Source of the DNA: Chrysomallon squamiferum
Lineage: Eukaryota; Animalia; Mollusca
DNA length: 64,000 bases
Direction of reading: 5' to 3'
Assembly: GCA_012295275.1 (NCBI GenBank)
Contig: CM022665.1
Location: 14,756,001 to 14,820,000, forward strand
The translations under genes and the position numbers were made by a program. The first letter of the stretch is position 1. Each line of letters starts with the position of its first letter. This document shows, piece after piece, positions 12,487-27,809 of this stretch. Under the pieces are notes generated by a model, which was not told the DNA's origin, searched no databases, and saw only the letters and a list, made by a program, of their open reading frames with translations.

Positions 12487-13989
12487 GAAACAAACATGCA
12501 TACGTGTATACATACATGGATATACAGACAGACAGACGGACAAAACTGTAAGCCCATAAACAAACTGTAAACGATGTATGCTCTCGGCGACGTTGACGAA
12601 GATGTACACAATGTAACACGTGTTCTGTGATGTACAAGAGCATAGACGTGTGCAGTATTTCAGAGGTGAAACCACGTTGAGGAATTCAGATAAGCAATTT
12701 ACACCTCATTATCTAACTCAGACACGATAGCCATTGAAATCATAAATTGGTTTCCTGCTGTTAATTAGGTTCTTCTGTGATAAAGGACAAGACGATCTCC
12801 GTCTGCGAACTCCACACACAATACGTTTATTTGAATAGTTAGTTATTCGAAGAATTCGCATCCGTCTGTCACGCAATACGTTTTATAATCAACGCCAGAT
12901 AGTCTTACCAAGATGCATTAGTCATCACAAAAGATAGATGAAAGAAGGGTTTTCATTGGTTAATTTTATATTTTAATTTTTTTTTTTTTTTTTCTTCCCC
13001 TGCGTATCCAATTAACGCAAAAATACGCTGTCATGGGATTTTAATGACAGGTTTTTTTTTTTTTTTTTTTTTTTTGTGATTAACTGGCTGGTAATTATAT
13101 CTCATTCTATAACAGATGTGTTATAAAATATTTAGTTTAATTTAAATTTAATTAAGTTATTTTGTAAAAATTATCCAATAATACTGTTAAATAGCTTTAT
13201 TATTTAAAAATTTCATTACGATGGAATACATTTTTAATTTCTTGAAACTTATGGTTCCTAAAATTAATAGAATCATGACGTCACAACAGTACGCTTAGCT
13301 TTAAAAATATTTATTTCTACATAACATTTATCTTAATTTAACAAGCTAGATGTTCTTTAGATTCAGATTTGTAAATGTTAAGTATTTTTATTTCTATAAC
13401 AGTAATATAAAATTGTTTTAAAGTTTAATATGTAATTTTGGAGGGAAAAAAAAAACATGCTTCTTTAAAACAAGATAATGTGTTGTAATTATTAACGTGA
13501 CACTAAATGCATGTGACATAATTATCAACAATAGGAAATCTTAGCCTTTATTTTATCGTTTCCCAAAATCAACGTAAGTTCAGTTATTTCACAAAATTAG
13601 CATTTTGCACGCTATTACAAAATTTTCTGTACAAATATTTCACTGCGTGTTAACTGCCAATATCACCATGGTTAAATCAGGATTCCCCCCCCCCTTCTTC
13701 TTTACCTTTTTACCAAAAGAAAACATATATTATAATTTTGACACCCGAAATGATTGCCTTGCGTGTTTCAAGCTAATTTTCGCAAACAAAAGATCAACAA
13801 AATGTTTGCCAAAATCAACAGCCTTGCAGACGACAAGTGATGTCAAAAACGAGATCTAAAGCGAGGCTGCCAGAAATTTATTGAATGTATGTTTTGTTAT
13901 AGGCATTTACGTACACAGTCACACGCGCACACGCATACATACGTGCATACCAATGTACAAACATACATACATAATACGAACATACACAG

Positions 13990-13998
13990 ATACATACA

Positions 13999-14069
<71 letters not shown>

Positions 14070-14175
14070 GTCTATCTATCTATCTATTTTTTTCTTTCAG
14101 TCAAATCATTTAAAAAATATTTAATGATATAAAACAGTATAGAGGGTAAATATAATAATAATACATACATACATA

Positions 14176-14242
<67 letters not shown>

Positions 14243-14349
14243 ATCTACCTATCTATCTATTTTTTTCTTTCAGTCAAATCATTTAAAAAATATTTAATGA
14301 TATAAAACAGTATAGAGGGTAAATATAATAATAATAATACATACATACA

Positions 14350-14438
<89 letters not shown>

Positions 14439-14548
14439 ATCTACCTATCTATCTATTTTTTTTTTTCAGTCAAATCATTTTAAAAAAATATTTAATGATA
14501 TAAAACAGTATAGAGGGGGTAAATATAATAATAATAATACATACATAC
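13990..14548. repeat. Tandem triplication of a ~170-210-bp unit containing a variable (CT)n tract
   Basis: Three near-identical copies of tcagtcaaatcattt...tatttaatgatataaaacagtatagagggtaaatataataataat, each preceded by (CT)n. Confidence 0.95.
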
Positions 14549-15099
14549 GATGTTCTAGGGTTACACGATGTTCTAGACAGGTGATGGTGACTGTTATGGC
14601 AAGTAGTGTCACCGCTATAGGCTCTTCACAGTAAAAACTAATTTAAGTTGTTGAATAACTCTAGATGAAATCTACGTTATTAAGATTCTGGACATGTTAC
14701 ACAACCTTGGGATCACATTAATTATAGTCACTGTCAATCTAAGCCCTTTGAAACTACAGCGTAAGATATGTTCCCGCTTTTAATATTAACAGGACTTAAT
14801 ATAGTTAGTTACGTACATCTACTGTGATGGAAAATAGCTGATAAGTGCGACAAGTGATAGGTGTACATTTTTTTGATTATGAAAATGTTTGGATATCACT
14901 GCTTCATTTATTTATTTATTTATTTATTTATTTATCATAAACCTGTATTAGTTGTCTACGGTATATATCTATATATATATATATAGATATATAAAACATC
15001 TGCCCGTCCCAGGCGTTTTTACATCTGTCTTTCGATTAGCGCGTAGAATGTTTGTATATTTTTAAAATTTATTTATTTATTTATTTAAAGTACACGACA

Positions 15100-15830
15100 A
15101 GCAGTCAGAGAGCTTCCACGTTTATGTTTAAAATTGACCAAAGGAAGAGAATATAGGATGTGTGGCATTGTTCCTGCTCCGAGATCGGCCTGGGCATCCA
15201 AAGCGGGCTTTGTTCTCCGGGAATCTTGTCATCATTGCGTAGGGTGTGTGAAAAAACAACTCCGTGCAAAATGTATCCGTTCTGTTTGTTCCTTGTCACA
15301 AGAAATAAACAAACGTTTTTCTTCCACGAGTTTTCTTTTCCTTCTAAACAAAAGAAGATGGTTTTAATTCCTTTTTTATTTTTTTCCCCCCGTTGTACCA
15401 GTTTGGTTCTAACTGCAGGTGGGGGAATGGGAAAGAAAACAAAATATTTACGAACATTCACGAAAATCCACGAACGTCCTTCCGACTTTCAACGAGTTTT
15501 CGAAGTACACTAAGCACGGTATGTTAGTTATTCTCGCAGCACGGTTTGCCGTCTGACTGTCGTGTTCAAAACAGTTCGTCATGTCGAGCGTCTACACAAA
15601 CCGGCACCGAAAATAAACGTGCACAAACCTCATGGAGGGCTGGTAAATATTTTACGTCTCAATATTTGAACGGATCTCGAAGGTTTTAGACCAACACCGG
15701 CCGGCGTCAGGTTCCGTGAAATGAAATGAGTCTACGTGTCCTGGAGTCGTCTCTGTTAACATCTGGAACAACTTCGATTTACGACTTTCGAAATGACGTA
15801 CACATATACTGGGCAAGATTTATTCGCTAG
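15100..15830. promoter_or_regulatory. CpG-rich non-coding island (candidate enhancer)
   Basis: 23 CpG counted by eye in 15541-15840; the ORFs here are not protein-like. Confidence 0.35.
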
Positions 15831-16044
15831 TCAATGTTTCAGAGAAATACTGTAGGCTCTTCGAAAATAGAGGAGAGAGTAATTGATTCAGTTTTACGAG
15901 AAACAGCATTAGAGGAAGCAGACACATTATATAGCATTATTGTTCTTTTTCTTCTTTTTGTCTGGAAAGACAAAAAAGAGATGAGATAATAATAATGCTG
16001 GCATAGATAAATAATAATAATAATAATAATAATCATCATCATAA

Positions 16045-16090
<46 letters not shown>

Positions 16091-16839
16091 ATTATTTATA
16101 TTAATAATAACGATAATGATGATAATAATAAACTGATTCCTTATCGTTATTCTCCTGATTTCTTTTCTTTGTTCCTTCCTTTTTTCACTCCTTTGCCGAT
16201 TTATTTAAATGTCTATCGTTTTATTATCCATTTACCTTCCTAACGTTCTCTCTCTTATAAACTGACTTTTTCCATATGAAATGAATTTGCCAGGCTGTAA
16301 AGATCGTAATTTGTATAACTATGCTTGATGCGTTGTCGCCATGTTATTAAGATTCACTGATTAACATAAAACATTATTGGCTTTACGAAATGCGTGTAGA
16401 ATATAACAAATAATTTAATAAAATAAAATTCCTAATCGATGGAAAACCATTTAAATAGTAATATAATAAGAAATTTAATACAACAGTAATAAAATGATCA
16501 GAATGTCGACCACTGCGTGTATTTATTTAGCAATTACAGCGGATTTGTGAAGCCCTATAACATCTGTACCAGTTTTCTTAGTTGTTAAAATGGTATAAAA
16601 CCTTTGTGAAAAGAAAAAAAAAAAAAAGAAAAGAAAAAAAAAAATAAATAAATAAATAAATAAATAAAGAAAGAAAAGAAAAGAAAAGAAAAGAAAATAT
16701 TATAAATAACAGCAAAATTTAAAAATACCTATCTGTAAAATTCTCTCTTAAATACCTTTGTATTATGCAACAAACAAAATAAAAAAGAAAAAGAAAAAAA
16801 AAAAGAAAGAAAGATAAACACCAAAGTTAATAATACAGT

Positions 16840-17172
16840 GCTACGGGTTAAACAGACTGACACAAATTACCCTGAAGGGCGCACTTGTACAGGGAACACC
16901 TAATCCATTCACAAAGAGCTTTTTAATGGTTCATCAACAAGTAACAATGGTTTTCGTTTTCAGAATAAAGAACTGCTGCTGTTGGAAATAGCCCGGAGGT
17001 CACGAGATGAGCGACAAAGCTCTCTACACTGGTCATGAACGTCGTTGAAGTTTTCGATCAGCTTCCAGTGCTATCCATTACCTGGTAGGAGAATTCCTCC
17101 ATTGTATTTTAGCCAAGACAATCCACTTGGTCCGGTCTCCTACACGTACCAATCACTGACAGCAAAGAGCAG

Positions 17173-17206
<34 letters not shown>

Positions 17207-17520
17207 TAACCAGATAGTCAACTACAACCAAAGAAAGAAATAAAATGCTCAGCTCATTCTAACAATAATCGGAGCGCGATTTCGTGGCGCGCGTTGTGGT
17301 AAAAAACGACGCTCATGTCAACATAATTAAGGTTTCGACAGAAAGAGACCGGTATGACAGTTATCCCGGGCCAGACGGCATCAAAGCGAGAGGCGGGAAG
17401 CGCGAGATGTTCGAAGGGAGAGACAAAATGGCACAAATTTCAGCTTGTTTGTCAGCCGTTTGAAACGAGAGAGAATGAAAAAATAAACAGAATGAAACGA
17501 AACGTAATCGAAAACTGCAA
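16840..17520. promoter_or_regulatory. CpG-rich non-coding island (candidate enhancer or promoter)
   Basis: Sox-like CATTCACAAAG/AACAATGG, CCAATCA adjacent to TGACAG, TCF-like ATCAAAG at 17380. Confidence 0.35.
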
Positions 17521-17630
17521 CTTGTGTTCCATTAATATTGTTTCAAGTGTGATAACTCAGAACATGTTTTATTTATTTATTATTGTGGTTGTTGTTCATG
17601 TTTATTTATTTATTTATTATGATGATGAGG

Positions 17631-17696
<66 letters not shown>

Positions 17697-18007
17697 TATA
17701 TGTCTTTAAAGATATTCCTCTTTGCTAATGGTTACAAATGTTTCAAAATTAATATATTTATAGTCCAATTTGTCCTTTTCCCATTCCAGAAAAATACACC
17801 ACGGCTTCTACATCATAATATATATTTCTATCTTTTCCTTCTACAGCTGCCACATTGTCTCAACAACAGTAACAGCAACGTTTACAGTATTAAAATTTTT
17901 AATAATTGTCAACAAACGGAGACTAGCAGAAGCTGAAGATTACGGGAACACAGTCCATCTGCACTGTTTTGATGACATCATGCACAACGTCAGCTGTAGT
18001 ATGTGAA

Positions 18008-18038
<31 letters not shown>

Positions 18039-18089
18039 GAAGAAGAAGAACAAGAAAAGAGGGTTGGCAATGAATATGATGGTTAAATA

Positions 18090-18570
18090 GTCCGACATCA
18101 TATTTATGGTATGTACTGCCTCCATGATGACATCGACTACAACGTTTTCACGGTATTCATGATGACAACATCATATACAAAATCTTTGCTTCATCCACAA
18201 GAATGTCAAACATAGCTTCTTCTCGTCTTCACTGCCTCTGTGATGACGACATTACATACAACGTCTTCACTGCCGCAAAGATGACGATATTGCATACGTC
18301 TTCACTGCATCAATGATGACGACATTACATACGTATTCTCTGTCGCTATGATGACGACATTATATACAGCTTTTTCACTGCCTCTGTGATGAAGACATTA
18401 CATGCAACGTCTTCGCTGTCTCTATTATTCGACATTACATACTACGTCTTCACTGCCTCCAAGGTGACATTACATGCTAACAACGTGAAGTATTACTTCT
18501 TCTGTGGTGACTTCATGAAGATTTCACTTCCACTACGATAACTCCATCATACACGACGTCTTTACTGCAT
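18090..18570. repeat. Degenerate 35-39-bp minisatellite, about 12 copies
   Basis: Approximate consensus GATGACGACATTACATACAACGTCTTCACTGCCTCTGT; best copies at 18225-18475. Confidence 0.9.
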
Positions 18571-19057
18571 AAAACATAACATCACCAAACCCAGCAATAC
18601 AAGTAGCAAAATATTAGTAAGTTAAAAAAGATAAAAATAAAGGCTCTGAATATCACAGTGAACTCAAACCACGTCTTTTTATGTTTTATATTGCCATTGA
18701 CGTGTTCATGATCGGCAGTTTTTATTGCTCCTTCGTGAATTAATGAGCACCTCTGTTTGTGTAAAGTGCCGTCTATTTCCTAGGTACGGTGCGTTTTACC
18801 CGCTACGGTTGAGAAAGGTTAATATCTAACACGTTCAAGGCATGCAGAGGAATATTTATATTTAATCAACAGGCTGCATTTTTAACATAGAGAAGGAACT
18901 TTTTATTCTTTTTAAATGAAAGAGAGAAAATAAAAAATAAATGAACTGTTACAAATATATACAATGTGCCATGTCCTGTTTAAGTATGTATGAATTGTAC
19001 ATGTATTATGATCTTGTGTTTATTTGTATGTAAGTTCGAATATTATGTATATCTTTG

Positions 19058-19098
<41 letters not shown>

Positions 19099-19779
19099 TT
19101 CTAAATATCTATACAATGTAGGTTTTTGTAAATATGCAGCTATCAGTAATTATGCGTAATTATATCCCTATATAACAGTGTATAATTATTTACCTGTGCG
19201 AATTTGTATACGTTTGTGTTCATGTATGTGCAAGTGTCTACGCATCTAGAGAGTGTCATTAACTCCATCCTTAATGCGTATTTACCTGCTCCACTGCATT
19301 TTCACTGAAAAGAGAGAATTAACTACGAAGAGGGACTCATAAGTGATACCGTCAGTTCTTTCATGAGTCATATTCTGTGAATAAAAGCTAGCAGGAAAAT
19401 AAAAAGTAATGAAACTGTATATTAAACAACTGTCTGAGATCAAATGTATTTTAATGCTTAAAGCAATAACAACGTCTGATAATAGAGTTCAGTAATTTAA
19501 AATTATAGAACATACAAATATACACAGGTGGTTACACACAGGGCATACGTAGACACGTACATTTGTACATACATATGTATATGCAAAATTAGGTACACAG
19601 ATATTCACAGATGCATACATACATACTCACATGCACACACATACACATATACACATACATTCACACATACTTTACTATGCACATTTGACGAGTTTCATAT
19701 AACATAACTCTTATATACAACAACGGTTAAGCTCCCTTGCATGGACACAAAAAGCAAGTGAAGAAAATATATTTTAAAG

Positions 19780-20460
19780 CTGTCAGTATATATGTAAACG
19801 CCGGTGGTAAGAAGCGATCTCGAGAACCTGTTAAAGTCTTGTTAAATACTGCAGAATGGAGACTGGAAGTAACGGATGGGTGTTAAGCACCTAATTAAAC
19901 ACCAGTGATTGCTTGTGTAATGTTATCTCATTAGAGAGAGCGCGTCAAGTGGTTCTCCAGCCGGCGGTTATGCGCGGCAATTTGTCAATATTTGGCGATA
20001 TGAATCGATGATATGCGTGACTGAAGCCGAAAATCCACTACAGCTATTGTCGTGGTAGCGAGTTAGCAAAATCTGCCTATTTGGCCCTTCTGTGTCACTG
20101 AACCGTATTAATACGTGAGGCCTCTCCGGTGCACGAAGGTTTTTTTTTTACAAAACAACCAACAGGCCACAAACAGAACGGGGAGGATTTTTGAAAGCTG
20201 ATCGGCTTTTGCATTAGCAGACGACGCTTTGATCCCAACTCAGCGCCATTGGAAGAAGAAGAAAAAAAGATATCGAGGCTGGCTGCTGGCTTGGCTGTCA
20301 GGCCTGTTTGATAAATATTCTCCTTTAACCTTTGCTGGAAAGATTTATCCCCGCATTCTGATTCAGAAGTGTCGGGTTATCGATATCCAGAGACGGGGTT
20401 TGGGAGATGCGTGTCACAGTTTGAAGAAAAGTGGCCTTGGATAAAAGACGTTGAGGAACC
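19780..20460. promoter_or_regulatory. CpG-rich non-coding island (candidate enhancer)
   Basis: Unique CpG-rich block with CTAATTAA, CTTTGAT (20227) and CTGTCA motifs. Confidence 0.35.
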
Positions 20461-20927
20461 GCACACTCCCATCTTTTTTTTTTTTCTTCTTCTTCTTCGT
20501 CAGTATTTTTATGAAATTTAGAAAGTTTATACTGAATAGATGGGTACAAAATATGCTTATATTTTCTTTCATTTATTTACTGGGAATGGTTTTAAGTGTT
20601 TATTTATTTTTTGGTTGCTGTTGTTGTACTGATGAAATGTAAAGCTCAAAGTCAATAAAGAATTGTGACTGAATTGTTGTTCTTGTTGCAGTTCTTCTTC
20701 TATTATTATTATTATTTACATTGTTTCTGTTTATAAAATTGGTGGATATTAAGTTTAAACGTGGCATCCATGCTAAAACAGTTCTGTGTAAATAATTTTG
20801 ACATAATATTATAGCATACAGGATCTGTGACCGGATTCAGATTTAGTCAAGGATTAAAATTTAGTTCCGTAATATTTAAGTAAAATACACCGTCGGTTTT
20901 ACATAACAAAATCTTTAATAATGAATT

Positions 20928-20930
<3 letters not shown>

Positions 20931-21003
<73 letters not shown>
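20931..21003. repeat. (CT)n microsatellite
   Basis: Direct reading. Confidence 0.97.
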
Positions 21004-21005
<2 letters not shown>

Positions 21006-21455
21006 ACATTTAATTCTTTTTTAAAGTCTGTCTGCAGACTAAATTCTGTTCTCATCACATAGCTTTAATGCTTGCTCATTCGCTACTTCAAATGTCACAT
21101 GTGTTTGTTAAAATGAAGAATGTTATTGCTATAACATTTCTCTAACACAGACTAGATCGGGGCGTGACCATTTCAATTACAGCAGAATTATCCACGGAAT
21201 GCGATCCACATGTCCCACCTCCCACCACAAGTAATTCAGTTACAGGGTCTGTCACCACAGAAACTAAAACAAGTTACCTTTTCTTTTCTGTCCAGGAGCC
21301 CAATAAATATGGACTCCAATAAATTTCAATTTGTCGTTATTTTAAAATCTGAATCTTACATAGATCCATTCGTGCCTTCTTCACTTTTTTACTTTTTCTG
21401 TCGTGTTTATTTTTAAACCTCATTTTTAAAATTTGTTTATGCATTTAGTTTTGTA

Positions 21456-21486
<31 letters not shown>

Positions 21487-22010
21487 TAAATACCTCATTT
21501 TTTTCTCTCTCTGTCTTCTTCGTTATTTTCCTTACTTAACTACAAATCCCAAAATGAAATTTATACTGTTTTATTTATTTATTTTTTTTTATTAATTTTA
21601 TATTGTTTTTCCATTTTTCTTTTTCTTTTTCTTTTTTTATTTATTTTTCCTTAGATATAAATCACCAGCCGAGATATCCATGCCAGTCTTGGCTTTGTGT
21701 GTGGCAGATAGTAATGGTGGTGTCTTTTTTTTTTTTTTTTTTTTAACCGAATGAAGCCAATTCAAACGCTTTCGAGTCATTCATCTTGTCGAGTCTACGC
21801 CAGGTGTTACAATTTCCATACAAGTGACGTATTAACAGTCGCAGCTTACACACAGAACAGCGATTTCGATTAATTTCCTCACAGTGTATATAAACACCCC
21901 TCACCTACGTCTTGTGCTTCTAACCTCAGTCTCAGATTTATTATGGACTTAGTTGTGAGTTTACTTTTGTTGTTGCTTTTGTATTTTGTACTTTTTGTTT
22001 TTTTTTTTTA

Positions 22011-22057
<47 letters not shown>

Positions 22058-22696
22058 GTTCGTTTATTTATTTATTTATTTATTATTTGTTTATTTCCAT
22101 TTTTCTTACTTCTTCACTCCACATTTTAATCTCTTTTCATTCTGCGAACTGACTCGTTTTTATCATCAACATCATCATCATTATTATTAGTAGTAGTAGT
22201 AGTTTTAGTAGTAGTACTAGTAGTAGCAGTTGCTGTAGTAGCAGTAGTAGTAGTATAGCAATATTAGTAGTGGACATAGTAGTAGTAATATTAGTAGTCG
22301 TTGTTGTTTTGTGTGTAGTAGTGGCAGTAGTTTTGTTTTATTTCAGTTTTACGTATATAAACATCTTCAGCCTGACCCTACCTTCCCAAACCAGCGTTCC
22401 TTATCTTTGCATATTTTCTTCTTTCACCTTATCGCTGCCAGTACAGTAAGACAATATTTTATTTAATTTAAAGGCCACACACAAACAAAACCAAATAATA
22501 GGCCCTATTCCTCTCTGTTTATCTTATTAAAGCCGATATATTTTAATACTTCGGTATAGTTAAAACATTAAATCATTTCTAGATTCAGACAAAATTATTG
22601 GCGCGCGCGAACACCCACATACTCACTCAGATACATAAATACTCACACACACACACACACACCTACATAGACACAAATGCACATACACATACACAC

Positions 22697-22852
<156 letters not shown>

Positions 22853-23519
22853 ATACATACATACATATACTGTTATATAAATACGTTTCTGTATCTCCGT
22901 ATCACATCACTGCAAACTGCTGCCACCCTTCTTTCGTTTCATCTTATCTCTACTTATAAACTCTGCTCATATTTTATTTATTTCCAATCAAAATACATAA
23001 ACACACCTCCCATCGCTACTACGCCATCCCTTCCCCAGTTATATCTCTAACATCTTTCCTCGTTTATAGCGAACTGATACTGCATTTTATTTCATTATAT
23101 TTGTATGAGTAAACCTTCTCCTCCCCCTACTATGCCTCTCTGACCTTTAGCACTATTCTGTGTATTACCTTTCCTATGCTCATTCAATGAACAGTCATTT
23201 TCTTTAATTATTAAACCACATAATTATACACACAACCCGTCTTCCTTCCAAGTCATACGTTTACCATCTTTTGTCACATTTTGCTAAGGCACTCAGCCGA
23301 GACACTTTGTTTTCTAATCTCGTTATGTAATCACCTCTTCCGTCACCTCCCCACCCCATCCCATATTCCTTACCACGTTTCCTCGCGATATTTCTTTCCC
23401 TTTGTATTTCTTCATAATCCATGTAATCGTTATCCTCTTATTGTCACATACATTCCGCCGCACGGAGTGGACTTCGGTGAGGGGTGGTGGTGGATAAAAC
23501 ACTAGCATGAAAGACTTTA

Positions 23520-23655
23520 CGAATTGCCGGTTCGGTCCTCTTCAGTGCCTTGCAGAGCTATATTTCGCTATCACATGATTATTAAAAACTGTGGAACTAC
23601 CTTTCCTGTCTAGGTTAAAATGCAGATGAAAGATCCTTTGCTTTAATAGACAGCG
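23520..23655 (+). mobile_element. Possible very old SINE fragment
   Basis: ttcctgtc...tgcagatgaaagatcctttgctttaata resembles the block at 43607-43653. Confidence 0.28.
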
Positions 23656-23971
23656 TGTTTTGTCTGTAAGTCAGTGTTTGAAAAAATAAAGGTTTCATTA
23701 TTCAATAGCCAACGGGGAAAAAAATGATTCAATATGCTGTACTGAAATAAAATAAACTTTAGTTTGATATTCCACTGTGTGCTGTAGCCCGTTCATTGAC
23801 TTTTTCTTCTGTTGAGGTGTCAAACTCGACTGCATGTTATATAAAACAAATAAACTGTGCCAGATAGAGGGACTGAGAAAATACATGTTCAAAATGCAAA
23901 ATTTACAATCTGTTCAGGCTCATAGGTAGCTTCAGGATTTTACATTTATGTGTTTGTTAGCATAATTATCA

Positions 23972-24009
<38 letters not shown>

Positions 24010-25192
24010 TGAGTGAGTGTGTCTGTATGTGTGTATCTGTGTCTGTCTGTCTTTATTTGGGATATTTATGTTCAACCTACAATATTTATTTAATTTTTTT
24101 GTCGGTACTGCGTAATTTTTTTTTTTAATTCTTCTTCTTTTTTTTTTTTTTTTTCTCTTTTCTTATTTAAATGTATTCATACTTATAACACATATACATT
24201 GTACTGATATTTGTGTATGTTATATACGTATAACTAATTCTGTTTTCCATCGACGAAAACTTTATTATGTGTGTATATTATCGTAAAATATGTTTTAAAG
24301 CAGCCACTCTCGTCTCGGGCCCCGGCACGTTTGAAGGAGGCCACAGACTGGAAACTGTGAGAATGTGTACTTTCTATCTGTCTGTTCTTATTGTATTCTT
24401 GTTTAAATGTGGGCCCTGGAACCTGAGAAGAGCTCCTAAAAGAGCCGTAAAAAAAAAAAAAAAAACACACACAAGACCCCCCCCCACTAACAACTAACAA
24501 AAAAGAAGATTGAGAATGGCCGTCTTAAATTATATTTAAGTTTTATTCTAATACTGAATTAACTTAATGTGTTTGTACGTCCATTGCATAATGAGAACGT
24601 AAATTATGTATGGAAATAATTATACTTTAGCTAATAAGGTAGCCTGTGTCTGTTAGATATGTGCATTCTTGCAGCCCTTACACTCTTAATAATAAACGTA
24701 AATCGTGTTACCTACACTACTCATGTTTATCGGGTAGTCGTTTTTATTACGCAAACAACCGAGAAAAAAAAAAAAAAAAAAAAAAACCTCCTACCTCGTA
24801 TAAATTCTAGACGTTTGGAGCACGTATGTGGACTAGTTCCATATTTATAAAGTGTTTTCTTTCTCTTTTAAAAAAAACAAAACAAAAAAAACAGAAAAGA
24901 AAAGGAGTAAAATCTCATACGTACAGGTATTGGGACTGATGTTTTTTTTTTCTCTTTCTTTTTGATCATGTAGTGTAAGGGTATTATCTTACAATGTAAA
25001 TGTATATTGGATATCCATTTGTATGTGATGCCGTGTGTACTGCCCGTTCCTCAGTCGCAACCGTCTCTAATAGAGATTGCATCATCTGTGCCGAGTGTTA
25101 TATAAAATCAATATCTGCTTGTTCTAGAATACTCCTTAACAAAGACTGCTTATGTTGTTGGCTAGAGAGTTCACTCAGTGCATGTAAAAGAG

Positions 25193-25218
25193 GTGTGTGT
25201 GTGTGTGTGTGTGTGTGT

Positions 25219-25274
<56 letters not shown>

Positions 25275-25303
25275 GTGTGTGTGTGTGTGTGTGAGAGAGA
25301 GAG
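25193..25303. repeat. (TG)n with two AA interruptions, then (GA)n
   Basis: Direct reading. Confidence 0.95.
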
Positions 25304-26434
25304 AAAATGAGCATCAATGTATATGAATAAAATGAATGTCTAGTGTTCATTTCGTTCTCGTATGAAGGTGTATGTATTTACATGTACAAACGGCCTGTCG
25401 GTGAAACTGATTAAAACAGAGACAAATATTTACACAAACCTAGTCATACCTGCTGTCCATTAGGATGACCACGTCCTATTTGTAGTGGTCACACTTGGTG
25501 GCCAAGTCATGGGGTCACAGCCCATCAGAGTACGCAGTGAAGATCATCCGGACGTTCAGCTATACGCGAATACTGGTGCTTAGCATTTGCACTTATAATT
25601 ATGGAGCCATGCCTTGAATTAATTGCCTCTTGAATACAGAAGGCTTGGGAATGTTCTAGAAGTAACAATATATTCAGTAGGTTGGAGTCGAGGGATATTT
25701 GTTGTTATTATTATTTACACACACATACACACATACGTATAAACATGCATACAAAACACATACACACACACCTACATAACTGACACAACACATACACATA
25801 CATTCATACCCATACATTCATATGTACTTAATTATATATACATGCTTACGTACATACGTACTACATGCATACACACATACATATACACACATTATCAAAT
25901 ATCTTTTTGTATGACATTTATGATTAACACAAAGTACCACAGAAATGATAAACTCCAGATTTATGTCACTCTATTTGTTTTAGTTTTTTGTTATGGGTGC
26001 ACTTTCAAACACCTGCTTACAAAGGTACTTTACATTTTTTAACCGCTTTGCTCCTAGTCAATGCAGAATGCAGCATAGTTGAAATATCGTAACGAGTCAC
26101 GAACAATATACCGTAACGTAATAGGGTCAGAGTCAGCTCGGGTTATGTCTAAAATAAAATTATTCATCACAGAACACTGTAAGGAACGTTACATCAAATA
26201 CTTGGATATCATGCTACTGTAACGTTTGTTGACCTTTTCGGTTCATTTTGATACAGTGTTACAGAAAAAGGGAGGCAGAATAGAGTATATTTTTATAAAT
26301 GGCATCAAACAATATGAAAAAAAAAAGTAAATCTCTCAAAAAGCTTACCGAAATTCATACCGAGATACACACGAATACTGAGTGAGGGGGTTAGGTAGGG
26401 AGAGGGGGAGAGTGGAAATGCGAGCGACAGAGAG

Positions 26435-26444
<10 letters not shown>

Positions 26445-26521
<77 letters not shown>
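26445..26521. repeat. (AG)n microsatellite
   Basis: Direct reading. Confidence 0.97.
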
Positions 26522-26523
<2 letters not shown>

Positions 26524-27069
26524 CTTACAAGTTAATATCAACTTGTCAGTTCGACAAATAGATTTTTTCTGTCTTTCTATTATAACTTTTGGCTTAAAAT
26601 AAAAATTGTCATAAAATATTTGATGGATTGCGTCCAGCATACAAATTAATCTTGTCGCAGATCATAAAATGTTCGTTGAAAATACCAGCTGGCATTTTCC
26701 GCGTGTGTACGTCGCTCGTAATTCCCCGCGCTGTAAATCAGCCATACTCGATGTCAGGTTAATATATGAGCTCAAACATACCGTTATCGTTTAGTATTGT
26801 CTTCGGTAATTTAATGACTGAAGCGGCCTCCGGGAACGGAAGTGAAGAGACAAGAACGACCGTGTAGACTATTTTTTGTGTGGCTAGTTAGTGTACAACA
26901 ACGTTGAGAATTAATCTGTGATGAGATACAGACTTTTTGTTTTGACCAGGAAGACACGTGTAAAATAAGCCATTTTGAAATTATTATTAACAGATAGACT
27001 CTAAAATAGAGTAAAATGTTTGAAATATAAAGCTAGCTTTCACATTACATAGATACATACATACATACA

Positions 27070-27116
<47 letters not shown>

Positions 27117-27670
27117 ATCTCAAATGTACATGCACCTGCTTGCTGTCAAATATAATGTTAATTTTAAGACATCACATAGAAACACAGAAAACGCACGCGC
27201 ACACACACACATACCCTCAGAGACAAAACACCCAAACTTTCTATAATAATAATATATGTACATAAATTAACCGATCTTTATAGTGAAACTGAGTACTTGT
27301 AAACTAAATGGGGGAGGGGGGAGAAGAAACATCAGAACTATGAGACTATGACGTCTTCTGGGCGTCAAGGTCCATATCCCAAGAACTATGATATAACTGT
27401 TTTAACTCCCAGGCAAACAGGAGGTCAGCTCCGGTCCGCCTTTGCTAACATGGCGCCGAATGATTGAGTATCCCAGATTGTATAACGTTACAAATCTTAT
27501 TATCTTTAGTCGGGTAACGTACAGATTTACGCTGACATGGTCGGAGTTGACGCTTCTTTCAAGACGATTCGTGGACTAGTAATACGGCTAGGGTTTTACC
27601 GTTGTTAGCGATATGTTTATGCAGATATAAATAATGCCTATTATAGTCTTTAGAAGGCCAGTAACAGAAA

Positions 27671-27701
<31 letters not shown>

Positions 27702-27708
27702 AAGACGT

Positions 27709-27809
<101 letters not shown>

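Noticed and set aside
14962-14993. Perfect 32-bp palindrome
   Set aside because: Nearly pure (AT)n, which is self-complementary by construction.
15105-15513. Three overlapping ORFs of 77-118 aa
   Set aside because: Mostly non-ATG starts, no protein-like motifs and no consistent splice chain; better explained as a GC-richer non-coding island.
16964-17728. Exon-like NKELLLLEIARRSRDERQ segment and the 124-aa ORF at 17354
   Set aside because: No partner exons; the ORF runs into an (ATT)n microsatellite.
18090-18570. CRISPR-like regular 35-39-bp repeats
   Set aside because: Units are contiguous and degenerate with no unique spacers; no cas genes; eukaryotic context.
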